Both the position numbers and the translations under genes were made by a program. The notes under the pieces were generated by a model. That model did not search any database, was not told where the DNA came from, and saw nothing but the letters and a program-made list of their open reading frames with translations. DNA of 64,000 bases from Lama glama (Eukaryota): the NCBI GenBank assembly GCA_028534125.1, contig CM052816.1, positions 49,850,001 to 49,914,000 of the forward strand, given 5' to 3'. This document shows positions 49,746-62,515 of this stretch, piece by piece; the stretch's first letter is position 1, and each line of letters opens with the position of its first letter.

Positions 49746-52069
49746 CAGCAATTTTCTTGACAATGTATAATATAAGGCAGTATTTGTTACCTCTCTTTCA
49801 CAATTCAGCTAGGAAGAGGTAATTCTGGGAATTGGAACCTAATCTGGGAAAAACAAAAATCCCAGGTTTAAAAAAAAATTCCTTGATACTAAATAATTAA
49901 GGGATTTTCTGCTTATGACACTATTGTCAATTGCATTTGATCATTAACTTGCAGTTTTTACTCATCTTTAAAGTACACAGAAGTAATACAATGGTAAATA
50001 AACAATTCTGAAAGTGCTTTAAGAGGAATAGCACCTTAAGAAAATGTGTATTAACCTTATTAATAGAAGTGCTTGTTAATATAAGCAAATCAGCACTAAA
50101 AACTGAATTCATGAACAAAAAGTAAGGGCATTTAACGGCAGATTTACTGCTGAAGTAGGTAAAGGAGTTAAACCATTTGCCATTTTTGCAATACATGGAG
50201 CATATATAATCATCTGTTTAAAAAGATTTTGTCAGTTTTTCCATGTCAGGAAATATTATCTTGCACACAGTTGGAGCTTAAACTATGCATCTTGATATTG
50301 CTAATGATGATTACTGTAGCTGTGCCTCATTAAATACCAGGGAATCCATCTTTATGGAATTTTTAAAAAGTATGCTGTCTTTAAAACAGCTGTAAAAAAA
50401 CCTTTAAAAAATACAAACTGTTTATTTCACTATGGCAATCATTTTAGGATGGAGGTCCCAAATTCTTTCAGACTTAAAATTCAGGCTATATATTTTCCCC
50501 AGAGGTTTAACCTATTGTACTACACTGAGTGATCCCAAGTGTAAGATCTTCTGGTAAATATGATTTTCCTCTTTGATCAGTTTTGCGAGAACATGATAGA
50601 AAAACACAGAGCAATACATGAATCAACTTTTTTTCTTAGTCAAGTAGATATTTTTCTCAAGCACAAATTAATGTAAATCAAGCATTGCTAGAACTCTGAC
50701 CTTTGAAATTATACTGGCATAGTCAGATTTCCCTAACAAAGTACATGTTTACAGTATCTTTTATTTAAATCAATATCCTTTATGCATGAGCAGAGAAGGG
50801 AAAAGAGAAAGGCCAACAGCAAATAAAAAGAACCCAAATGATTTAGCTCAGCAGAGTGGAATAATGAGCCAAGATTTCCCCAGCGTCCAAGTCACTCTGT
50901 GATATTTAGCGAGGCACTTACAGAAGTGTATTAGCTCTTTCAGGTCATTAAGATGCCATTTCGCGCACTTCCACAGTCAACTTACTCTTCAAGGCATCCA
51001 AGTTGCTACTGGGGGATGACTGTAGCAGTGGGGTGAATAAACTGCATGATTAATTTATGGTTTGATCGCAATGTTAGTTAAAGGGTAGACTTAATTTTCA
51101 GGGAAAGAACAGTTATTAGATATGTGTTGGACTGAAGCATTAAGTTGAAGTATAAAATTAAAAAAAAAAATCTTTGTTAGTATTCCTCAAACAGAATAGC
51201 ATATGTAGAAAGATTCCTGAACTGTATGAATGAATACAGCAATATTTTGGGTCCCACTAATGAAAATGCTACTGAAATATTAAATCCTTGTCAGCTTTAA
51301 CAAGAAATTCAAAAAATTACACATGTACCACCTATAGTTTGAAAAAAAAAAGGGATCTTATAAGCAGCACATTTGGCCCATTTTTAGATATGATATTATA
51401 CAGTTTCAGTCAATTAAATCATAAATTCAGATCATTTGGGACCTCTGCCTTATACTGACCTATCAGAGATAAGTCTTAAAAATAAGTCTGTTGGGTAAGG
51501 AGAACGGTTGAAGGAGAGAAAAAAAAATCAGATGTCAGCATCATGTCCTGGGTTTTTAAGCTGACTCAGTGTCTATGATTCTGAGGTCTACATATTAGAT
51601 ATACTGAAGCTCTGGAAACCAGCTCCATGTTCCTCTCCCAAGCAGATACCCTGATCCATCAACCTGACTGCCCTTAGAAGAACGATGGGGCTTCCAGTGT
51701 CCTGGAAATTTGCTCCCCAAATTTATCTGGCCAACAAACTATACCTATTCACCAGCTTTTTTTCCTCTCCAACATTTACCTAGTTAATAAGTCATTAAAT
51801 CTGGCCCAAGAAAATAAAGTAGAATTTTTTTAAAACTCATTCAGAATAAGCAATTCCTGCTTGCAAAGTGATGTCTGTGAGACTATGAGAATTTTAAGGG
51901 AAGCCCTTAGCACTATAGATTTTACATGAATAACTATTAACATATTGTCCTTGCTTCTGGTGTATTAGAGATGAATACATCTTTATGATAGCATACTAAG
52001 TGCTAGAGACAACTTTTCTTATCAATTATATGATAATTAAACGTATTCCTCACCAAGAAAATAAATCAT

Positions 52070-52310
52070 CATAATAAATACTTTCATTGCCTTTACTGTA
52101 CATCAGGCATGTTCTAAGCATTCTGGGTATATTAACAGATCTTCTCAATCCTATAGGCTAGGTTCTATTTCTATCTCTATTTTGCAGATAAGAAAAGTGG
52201 ACCACAGAGAGGCTAAGTAACTTGTCTGATTCCACACAATTAGTAAAGAACAGACAAGGGATTCAAACTCACACAGCATGTAAGGTCTAGGCTCCCTGCC
52301 ATTACACAGT
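52070..52310 (-). mobile_element. MIR SINE
   Basis: CAGGCATGTTCTAAGCA..CTATTTTGCAGATAAGAAA..CACAGAGAGGCTAAGTAACTTG..GGGATTCAAACTCA. Confidence 0.82.
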
Positions 52311-52381
52311 GACCTTCTCAGCATCCTCGCAGTTCTCTTGCAGATACACCCCATGGGTTTTTATACCAACATGCTACAAAC

Positions 52382-52599
52382 CAGTGCTTCTTGAATTTTT
52401 TTCACACGATGGCACAGACAAAAAATGATCACATTTGACTGGCAGATTGGAATAAAAGTATGAGACTGTTTGTGGCTGGAGGTACCATCCTGGGGCTTTC
52501 TTGTGGCCACACTGGGGAATGAAGGACCAGTGTCTTAGTGTAATACCATGGTACTGTAGACACACAAATGTATCTTAGCACAATGGTTGAGAAGCTCTG
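52382..52599 (+). mobile_element. hAT-Charlie MITE, MER112-like
   Basis: Imperfect TIRs CAGTGCTTCT / AGAAGCTCTG; internal TTTTTCAC..ATGGCACA..AAAATGAT matches recalled consensus. Confidence 0.7.
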
Positions 52600-53571
52600 A
52601 TATAAGTTTCTGTAACCCTCGACTATAGATAATTTTCCAAGGCAGAGGGACATTCTGAAACATCCATTTAAATTGCTATCAATTTCAGAAATCGGAGCTA
52701 GCATACAAAGAAGGAAAGGCAAAGGCATGAAGAGGATGAGTTCACGTGCAGATAGTTAACCCGTGACCTAATTGATCTATGTTATTTTGACTCAGAATAT
52801 CATCTTAAACGGCCCACAGATACATTTGTGAATAGCCTAGAAGTGGAGGCATATTTAAAGATACACACTAAGTGCATATCAAGTTTATTTCCAATAATAC
52901 TTAACTGGGGACCTAAAGAGTTCTTCTATGAATTCAAAGACATTCCCGTTGAATAGACAATCTTTGATAAGTGCAGTGCCTATGAGAGTGATCAATGCAA
53001 TCCAATGTAAATAATTTGCAGCACTGCAGGTAGATCACAGATGGCAGGGAAAGATCATAGATGCACACCTGCTATGAATTCGTAATTTATGAAGCACGTC
53101 TAAGTGGCCTTATAGAATATGCTGCAGGAATAGTACACTTAGTGTGGTTTTTCTCTCTTCCAGAGCTTCCAGGTTAGCCTTTTAGGCTCCTGTAAACAGA
53201 AAGAATGAAGCAACACTGGTGTTATGCCAGCACCCTCTTACACTCAATCCAGAAAAACTTACACCTAAGTAGTATTTTAGAAGAGACTATTTACAAATAA
53301 CCTATTCCTGATACAAATTTAGCATAAACCAGGACTTTCTCATCTACAAGGAGAAAGCATTGTCAAATGCCCAAGTGCCTTTGAACAGTATCTGTATCTC
53401 TCATTTTCCAGTGTTCTAGAAAGCGCATCTCCCAGAGGAAGCAGTAGAGCACTCAAAGTTTCTTTATTTCTGAATTAAATAAATGCAGTTATAAGTCCAT
53501 CTTTCTAAGACAAGTTAATTTAAGTCTATGTTATGGAGGTAATTCTAACATTATGGAATTGTTTTCTTCAC

Positions 53572-54000
53572 TCTGTTCATTTAACATATTTGAGCTTCTA
53601 CTAAAGAGCAGACACTATTTAAGATACTGGAAGTGCAAAGAGGAATAGGACACGGTTCAGTCCTCAAGGAGCATGCAGTCCAGCAGGGAGAGGCATTAAA
53701 AAGACAAACATGTGGTAGGTGCTGGTAGAAACAAAATGCCAGACTTGTTGAAGGTGATGGAGTGGTGCGGGCACAGGGATGGTAACAACTTCTGTTTATG
53801 TCTGATTGGTGAGAACATTTCACAGAAGAAAGGACGTGGGAACTGCACCCTGATACTTGAGGAGGGCTTCTTCACACAAGCAAGAATGAGAAAAGCATTC
53901 CAAGAGAGGGATTAGCATATACAAAGGAAAATGCTCTGAGAAGAAGTGTGTGTTCAGGAAATGATCCACAAGTTCATTAGAGATGGAGCCTATCATGTAT
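53572..54000 (-). mobile_element. LINE-2 3' fragment
   Basis: TTCATTTAACATATTTGAGCTTCTACTA..TCCTCAAGGAGC..CAGTCCAGCAGGG..GCATTCCA..AGCATATACAAAGG. Confidence 0.72.
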
Positions 54001-56119
54001 ATCTGAGACGGCAGAACGGGAATGGGAGCCTTACTCTCAGAAGGTGAGCCAGAGAGACCCCAGAGGGAACCAAAATTTCAAATGTCTTCTTTTCCTTCCT
54101 CCCACACAAATGCTTTGCTTTTGTCCCCTAGGCTCCTGTTCTCATTTAAAAATCTGTCATGAAATAGCCTTCTTCTCCCCTCTTTATGGACTTACCTCTT
54201 AAACATTGTTAAGTAGTCATTTTCAATTAAATCAACTATTAATTTTGGCAAATAATACTATCTCAGTACCAGGATGCTACCTATTAATCCCAGACACCCA
54301 GCTTAGTACTGTATCATTTAAATCCCTCTGATGTTTCCCAGGAGTTTTATATCCTTGCCATACTTGCAGCCAACATTATGGACTTGCTAGTACTCCCTCC
54401 GGAGCCAGGGATTCACTCACATTCCATAGAATCATTTTTACCAGACGTACATTGGATAAATTTTAGAGTAGAAAAACATCAGCTCTGAAATAGATAGGAT
54501 AGAAATAAAGAGTTTTAAAGTCTTAGGTATATCACAATTCCCTAAACTGATTCTGAACTTTCAGCTTCAAAACAGTAATTCTTAACCTGTTCTACCACCT
54601 CTATAAGTACTGTGGGTACTTCTCTTTGGGAATATAAAGGATGTATTTCCTGAATTGGTGAAAGTGTTTTTCTGAGTCTCCTCTTTTATGAATGCAAGCA
54701 TGTATAAACTTTAAAAAATGTGTCAAGAATTTGTTATAACAGTACACTTATTCAGGCTCTTACATTAATTCCTTTAAAAGGAAAAAAAAACTGCATGAAT
54801 TCATTAAACTATTCAGTACACTGTAATTACAGGATTACTCAAGAGCTTTCTTCTAACAGCTGCAAGTCTTTAAAATTAATCCATACACATGTACACGCAC
54901 ACCATTGCACACACTTCCATGTGTACACACACACACACACAGCCTGCTTATTAACACCTCTTCCAGAAGTACATTTAATGAGAGAAAGAGTTGGGGGAAT
55001 TTAAATCAGTAAGATGCAGAGAATTTGGGGAAAGATAATGACATGAGCGTAGATTTCTACCCCTATCCTCAATGACATGTATAGAAATCAAAAAACAACA
55101 AAATAGAGCAAAACTTCTACCCATCTGGAAACTAGAAAGGGTGCCATCAGAAACTGGAAGCTTTGATTAATTTGTTGAAGAGGGAGTACATATATGACTG
55201 GACTAAAAGAGCCACAGAGACCTGCAAGATTTCAGTTTGCCTAGGAAAGAAGGGTGAGAGACTTTAAAAATAACCCACATAGTTTCATTTACACAAGATT
55301 GGGGGGGGGCAGGGAGAGAAAGGAGGTCAGGGTAGACCAGATGGCCACATCAAGCAGGCTGTTAAGGTTAATAGGGTTTTATCCCAGAGCAGGCAGCCAA
55401 AAGGGAAAACTGCCAGTAAATGGGGACTTCCTTGAAGAAAAGACTGCTGTCCTAAGGAGAACACCTAACTGATCAAACTTCAGCATAAAGTGAGCTCCTG
55501 CAAAAAGCCAACTATCATCACGGTTGGCAGTGACATGACCAGCACATTTGATGACCAAAGCAGATCATTTTTAAAATCTCCTTCCTCTATATGACAAGAA
55601 TCACAAGAATCACAATAATGTAATAATCAGTAATACACATTATTTTACTGACTTTTTATATTTTTAAAACAATTATCATTTAAAAGAATATTTTTTAAAA
55701 AATTATTATTTAAATGCAATAAAATGTTTTATGTATAACTAAAATTTGCACTTACTAACCAAAAATATCACACCTGCAGTTCACTCTGTTTCACTGCTTT
55801 AAATTCTAAACACAAATAAAAACTCCATTGGGCACATAGGAAGACAGATTTGAAGTAAATAAAGATCTGTTTGTTAATGTTTATATTCACTGTTCTAGTG
55901 CAGAAATAGGTAGTCCCACCAGGATTGAAGACACAACCTGTCTCCTAAACCAGCATTATGATAGAGGTTAGCACATAGTGATAAGAAAAAGCAAACTGAC
56001 TTAGTTGGTTTTATTACTGTCTTTAAAGTCTCTACAGAAAATGTACATTCTGAGCCCTGATAATGAGAGCAAACAGTAGATTGGATTTTGCATATTTATT
56101 TTAGTGTAGTAGAAGATGA

Positions 56120-56690
56120 ATGCAAGAAATCAACCCAGAATTCAGAAAAGAAAGACAAAAAGAGGAAAATCATGCAAATAAAATATGTTAGATGTGGAGG
56201 AGAGTCAGAGAATCCAACCTATAGTAGACATACCAGGACAAAGAAAAAAAAAGTTTTTAAATTACAAAATCAGTAATAAGTTAAATTTTTTAAAATTGTT
56301 TCAGCTGAAGAAAGACTGAATCTTTAAGGGATTTGACAAATGTAAGATGTAAATAATGAGAAGAGACAATATTATAACATATCCTAGTTACAATTCATAT
56401 TTCACAGAACAGAGGGGTATTAGACACTCAACTACCATATAGGAAAGTAGATAATTTACAAAGGAACAAAATTGAAATTGGACTTAGATGTCGCCTTCCC
56501 AACACTAGTGCCAGAAGACAATCAAGCAATGTTTGCGGAGTGTTGAAAAGGAAACAACAAAATTAACCCAAGATTTATTTACCCATCCTTGATTCTGTTC
56601 ATGTGAAAAAGCTATAAAAAGACATTTTCAGTCATTCAAGTGGTCCAAAAATATGTATCCATCCATGCACCCATTCTGAAAACTATTTGA
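56120..56690 (+). mobile_element. Ancient HAL1/L1M ORF1-like remnant
   Basis: AAAGGAACAAAATT..TTAGA..CAACACTAG..GCCAGAAGACAAT..AGCAATG..AACCCAAGATTTATTTACCCA..AAAGACATTTTCAG parallels the ORF1 C-terminal DNA pattern at 6050-6290. Confidence 0.55.
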
Positions 56691-57840
56691 TATTTTAAAT
56701 TGTTAAAAATTGGCTCAAAATATTTGAATGGAAAGGTACGATGAAATAACAAATAAGGATTAAAATGGCATAAAATGATGTGATGGTAATAAGCCAAAAC
56801 ACATCAGATATGATGATTAAGATAGGTAGATTATGCTTCCTACTAAAAGACCAAGATGGCCGGGCTAGATTAAACAAAAATTTTAAACATGTGTGTTCCA
56901 GCTTTCAGGTGAGATCATCTTCTCCTATGAGATTAAAACAAACAAACAAATGCTCATTGAAGTATCTCACATTTTACAGGAAGATCAATGCTCCGGGGTG
57001 GTATATTCCTGTAGTTATTACTGCTGTATTCAAGGTCTTTTAACTTCTAAACTCTAAATCTCACTTGCATCTGACCTCTTACCTCCCCAGCTCTTGCTCC
57101 TGCCCCTTTCCTGGGTTTCCCACATCCCCAACACCTTAGACAAGCAATGGCGTGAGCTGCAGACACCACTGATGCTCTGGGACCACAGAAAGGTGCTAGT
57201 CACCTACTATGTGTCCCTCGTTTGTCTTCAATACTCTCTGCACATCTCTAGGCCTCTCAGATTTCCAAGACCTCCTCACCAACATGTTTGCAGAAAACTC
57301 AGCTATCCTCCCTTCATTAAACAGCAGCCTACCTAGCTTTTGAATCACAAATAGACTTCTATCCTGTCTCTGCTTTCCAGAGTCTTACTAATATCACTAC
57401 TCAAACAACCCTTCTACTCTAGGTCTCAACTCAGCAACCCAGAATGGGCTTTGAAATTTCACTCTTCATTTCCTTTGTTCTATAAACCTACGTAAGCATA
57501 AGGGAGCCTGGGATTGTACTCCCCTCCCCAGCCCCCAAATATAAATTAGGCCATCATCTGTTCTCATATCCTCCCTTAGTTCCTCAAAACAAGATGCTGC
57601 TGCAGTCTATTTGGATTTTAAGTTAAACTGTTTTCCTCTATTATAAAAACTCTGTTTACATGAGAAGTATCTAAAATAAAATTAGGTAAAAGATTCAAAA
57701 TAAACAAGCGAGCACAGATTTATCAAGAAAATGCAAATAAAAAGAAAGCTGTGATATAAACAGCCTACAAAAGAAACAAATTCAAGGACAAATGTTAAAT
57801 GAGATAGAAATTCAATGATCCAATTTTGTCAAAGCAAAAT

Positions 57841-58062
57841 CAGAGTGGTGTACCAAGGGCAAGACAGCGGGAGTGGACCTCTTTGGAGAGGAAGAGTATT
57901 TTATCACTGACATTCTCTGGAATTGTGGGCAAATGGTGTTAATATAAAGCAGATCCACTAAAGGTTTTATTATAGCTCTTAAATTCTCCATAGACGATGA
58001 ATCCCTGATGGCCTGAACCTTGGGTGGCCTCTCCCACCCGTCCCCACCTAGGCATGGCTCTG
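57841..58062. mobile_element. Short non-autonomous hAT-Tip100 element, Arthur1-like
   Basis: Ends CAGAG.. / ..CTCTG; internal GAGTATTTTATCACTGACATT..TTTTATTAT..TAAATTCTCCATAGAC matches recalled Arthur1 end in reverse. Confidence 0.62.
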
Positions 58063-59046
58063 AAAATATATTCCTATGACTAACGGGCAGGAAGACTTTA
58101 AAATGTAAGTGTTTTACAATAAACAAGTGTTTATTTTTTAACAAGAGAAATACCTATTTTAATTTTTTTAATATAGTCAGAAGTTATTACTACTAAATTA
58201 TTATGAAGATGCATTAAAAAGTGAGAATTCATAAAAATACTCTTTTCTCCCCAAATTCAGAGTTTGGTGCAAGGCCTGCTTGCTGAGTTGAGTGGTACTT
58301 TCCGAGTCAGGCCTAGCCCAGCCTGCTCACCTGCGACCCCAATAGTATATTCCAGCTCTACTTCAGCCCACCCCAGAACATTTGTGCTTCCTGCCCAAAC
58401 TGCCTACCATGCTTATTCTTAGCCCCAACATTTACCACCAGTAGTCCCATCCCAAAGATTCAAAAAGCCTATCTTTGCAAAGCAAACATGGCTGACAGCA
58501 AAGGAGAGGGAAGTCTACAGAAGAGGCAGAGTGGAACGGTGCTAAACCCTTTTCAGCCCTTTCATCCCACTGCTGATCTATTGATCTCTCTGTTGATGAA
58601 AACAGCCTTAGGGCTGATTGTGTGCTGTGTGGTTCCTGCTGTCTTTCTTTCGAGGCACTAGTAAACCTGGCTTCAATATCTAGTAAATTCTTAAATTATA
58701 AAGATTACATTCTTGAAGAAAAACTATGGTTGCTAAGAAGGTAAAAGTTATAGAAATTTCCAAAACAAACCTCATTTATCAACATTAAAACTCTACTCCA
58801 TGGTGTCAAAAGTCTATTGAGAAAAACCTACCTGTCACATTAGAACCTACGAAGGCAGACTCTCTCCTGTCTTTTCTGTTATACACATAGTGCCTTAAAG
58901 AAGTTTGTTAACATCTCTGTTTGTTAGCATTTTGCTATAGAAGCTTTGGGGCTGGCTTCCTCCCAGGAAGGGTCTTTGTAAGTCTCAGCAAAACCCATGT
59001 GCCTCAGTGGAGGCTTAACTAGTTTGTCCAAAAGTTGGAGATCTGA

Positions 59047-59173
59047 GGGGGAGGGGATAGCTCAGTGGTAGAATACATGCCTAGCATGCAAGAGGTCCTG
59101 GGTTCAATCCCCAGAACCTTCTCTAAACATCAATAAATAAGCCTAATTACCTCCCCTCTAAAAAATAAGAAAA
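59047..59173 (+). mobile_element. tRNA-derived SINE, camelid Vic-1-like
   Basis: GGGGGAGGGGATAGCTCAGTGGTAGA..AGCATGCAAGAGGTCCTGGGTTCAATCCCCAG..CCTAATTACCTCCCC. TSD CAAAAGTTGGAGATC (59029-59043) / CAAAAGCTGGAGACC (59174-59188). Confidence 0.9.
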
Positions 59174-61928
59174 CAAAAGCTGGAGACCCAAGCCTACTTC
59201 ACACACTTGCCCATATGGCTTAGAGGATGTAAGAATGCCTTTGCCATGTTTAGAGAGCTAAAGGGAAGCACATACATGCAAAAAAAAAAAAAAAAGGTTT
59301 TAATAATACATCTTACCTCTTCTCAATCCCCAATCAAACCCACCTTCCCACATCTTGCCTAACCATGCCATAAAATTCAGAGTACAGTTAATGTATTCCT
59401 AATTTCTTTTCAAATCCTTTCTAAAGTATTGGTACTTCTCCATTATACCTACAGGATAGATATGCATTTGCCTTAATTATTCTCTCTTCCTCTTTTAAAA
59501 TATACATTGCAAATAATTAATAATTGGCTATTCCTAATGCAGACAAAGCAAGCAAATGTTCTGGGAAAAATCCTTTACCTTTCACTTCAGAATGTATTTT
59601 GGTTCTCACATTTGAATATGAATGATCTGGAAATTCACTTCAAACTGAAGCACTGTCGTTGAGAACCATGACCTTTGGGAACTAGTCTTGGCTCCATTAC
59701 TGAGTCACCTCTGTAAGTTAGTTATTGCCCCTCTCTGACCTCCTTTCCTCTCAGGGAAAACAAAGAGTGAGATCAGAGCCTGAATCTAGAGCCCCTCACA
59801 GCACAACAAATCAAAGCATCTCTGAGTTTGTCTTTAAATAATAAAGTCTTGCTGTGAAGAATTGCTGTCTAGATCCCACAGCACAGCTTCATCTTATAAC
59901 TCACTCCAAACAGGAAACAGCTCTTCTTGCAGGCTCGCACGGAACTCAGCTGTAAGAAGACTCACACTGTCTTACTGACATTTGTTAAATGTGGAGCCTC
60001 CAACGTATCTCCTGTGGAAAGGAAAGCCACATGTGTCATAAAACAAACAGAAAACCAGAGATGAACCAAACTCAGTAACTCAGACTCTTCTTAAGGACAC
60101 GGGCCACTGCACTCCCAGCCCTCCCTCCCCAGCCACTCAAAACGCGGCTGCCGCTTTCCTTCTGGCAAATTCAGTGCGAGATAGCTGAGTGTGTCCGGGA
60201 TCTGAGGCTCCAGCTGTGGCCAGGATTTGGGGAGCTGGTTCTCACTGTTCTGACTGGACTCACAATGAGAGGGGCCCAGGGCCAACTCTGGGAATTGCAG
60301 GCACATCTCCAGGCAATTAGTGATTGCGCTGAAAGACCAAAACATCTGAGCAATTTGATTGGAGCCTTTTTCTGTGTGTGCGATCCCTCTTGGTTGATTA
60401 ATGAGTGAACAGGCCCTCATTTATCGTCTTTGAGGCTGCAGCTGTGGAGAGCTAGCACGCAGGCACATCCTGTCTGAGCAAAGTGCCTTTCTCTCCTGTC
60501 AGCCGCTTCTCCATCCCAGTCCTAAAACAGCACCTCCGGCGGGGAGGCCGGTGCCTCACTTCCAAAAGCATTGACAAGGAGGTTGAAGGACTCCATTTTA
60601 ACTCTTATTTTGCTCAGTGTCACCCCCAATGTTGGAACCACTCCAAAAGTACACTTCTCAAAAGGACAACTTTGTTTCTAAATAACATGCCCATTTAACA
60701 AGATACAGTTTTCTTTGGCTGCTATTTCAAACCCTCTTCCCAGGCCTCATGCCTGTGGTCATTTGTCTCTGAATGTCTTACAAATGGCCCCCTGATTGAG
60801 GTGTTTGGGAGAGGATCTCCTGAGTCGCTACGTATTAAAATCGGGTTAAATATAATAAATTAGAAATTTCAAATTAAAACGAGTGTTTCTCAAATGCATA
60901 TACCCAACAAGGTGAAGAGTTTCCAACACAAGGTCAAATTTAGTTACAGTTGTGATGGAAGCTGTGCATAGACTTACTGGGAAGGTCTGTAATGTGAAAT
61001 GAGTAAATCTATCCTTGGACTTGAAAGGGCTTTGTTTGTAGTTTGTATTAATGGCCATTTCTTAAAAGATTGCGAAACAGCAAATTACTTGTAAGAAGAG
61101 ACAGTCTCTAGATATTGCCTATGATTAGCTGAATGGATCCTTCTGTCATCCACCCATTGCTCATTTCAAATGGCCCAACATTTATTGAATTTGAGCAATT
61201 GGAGGGTTTCTCAAAAAAATATTTTTAGAAAATAAGAACATTGTAACTCATCTTGAGATTGCAATATTCATCCTGAAAAGAACTCATCCAGTGCTGAATT
61301 TTTTTAAGTCCTCATAGACCTGAGATGTTGCCATTTCTCTTAATAATGTTCTTACATGTCAGAAGAATTTACAAAATAGCTACTAAAAACAGAATTGCCA
61401 TTCACATATCAGGTCTAACACATGCTACATCACATTATATTCCAAATCTGATTTGTTAGGCAATGTGTGATTCTCAAATTCTACTAAAGCCCTAAGAAAG
61501 AAAATTAATAAAGCAAAACATTCCTTGGCCTTTTTAGAAGGAAATACTCAGAGTGAATCATTCTTACTACTAGTATTTTGTGCCACTCCACAGGGCTAGA
61601 AATGGTGGCCATGGAACCCACAAGATGGGTCTAAGAGGAAATCTCTGTAAGATTTTCAAAGCAGCTACAAAATAGAAAGTAAATGTAATATGATTTTTAA
61701 AATGCAATATAAAAGTGTAAAGAATGCCATTTTGTCACAATCTGTCGTCTTTGGGGATCTTCTGTCATTGCTTCTCTTTCAGTGCTTCCTAAAGCCTAGC
61801 ATCCATCAGTTTCCCATCTGACACCAAAACCAAGAGCTCTAGATGTAAGCAAGGAAAGACAAACACACAGACTAGGAGGGAGCACAAAGGGAATTATAAG
61901 GCACCTAAACACATGCACCATTTCTTTT

Positions 61929-62112
61929 TGGTTCTCAAAGTGTGGTCCATGTACCCACAGGGTCAGCACCACCTGGGAACTTGACAGAAAGGCAAATTTT
62001 CAGGTGTTACCCTAGGCCAAGGGATCAGAAACCCTGGGGTCAGGGCTCAACGATGAGTGCTTTAACAAGTATTTCCAATGATAATGATGCATGCTGAAGT
62101 TGGAGAACCACT
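61929..62112 (+). mobile_element. MER5A hAT-Charlie MITE
   Basis: GGTTCTCAAAGTGTGGTCC..CAGCACCACCTGGGAACTTG..GCAAATTTTCAGG..TTTAACAAG..GATGCATGCTGAAGTTGGAGAACCAC. Confidence 0.85.
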
Positions 62113-62351
62113 TATCCATAGGAAATACCGGAAATTCTTCAGTGAATAGTGAAGTGTGCCATGGATCCCGGATGGTACCAACCAGAGATTAAATTAGACA
62201 ACTGGATTCGGGTAAAGTAGCAGAGACATTATTTTATCTCCAAAATATTGTTCATGTATAGCATCTGGCCAATTTCAATGTCATTTCCTGTGCCTGAATT
62301 GTAGAACAAGTCCATTAAACAGAAAATGACAACCACCCCAACACCAACATG

Positions 62352-62515
62352 GCTAATGCTCACAGAACACTTACTGTAAGCAGGTATAATTCTAAGTGTT
62401 CTCCATTTATGAGATCATTTAATCTTCACCACCACCTTAACATTTCTCATTTTACAAATGAGGAAACTAAGAACCCCAAGAGAGTAATTTGTACATTGTT
62501 CCACAGCTAGTACAG
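62352..62515 (-). mobile_element. MIR SINE
   Basis: TCATTTAATCTTCAC..CTCATTTTACAAATGAGGAAACTAAG..CACAGCTAGTA. Confidence 0.8.
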
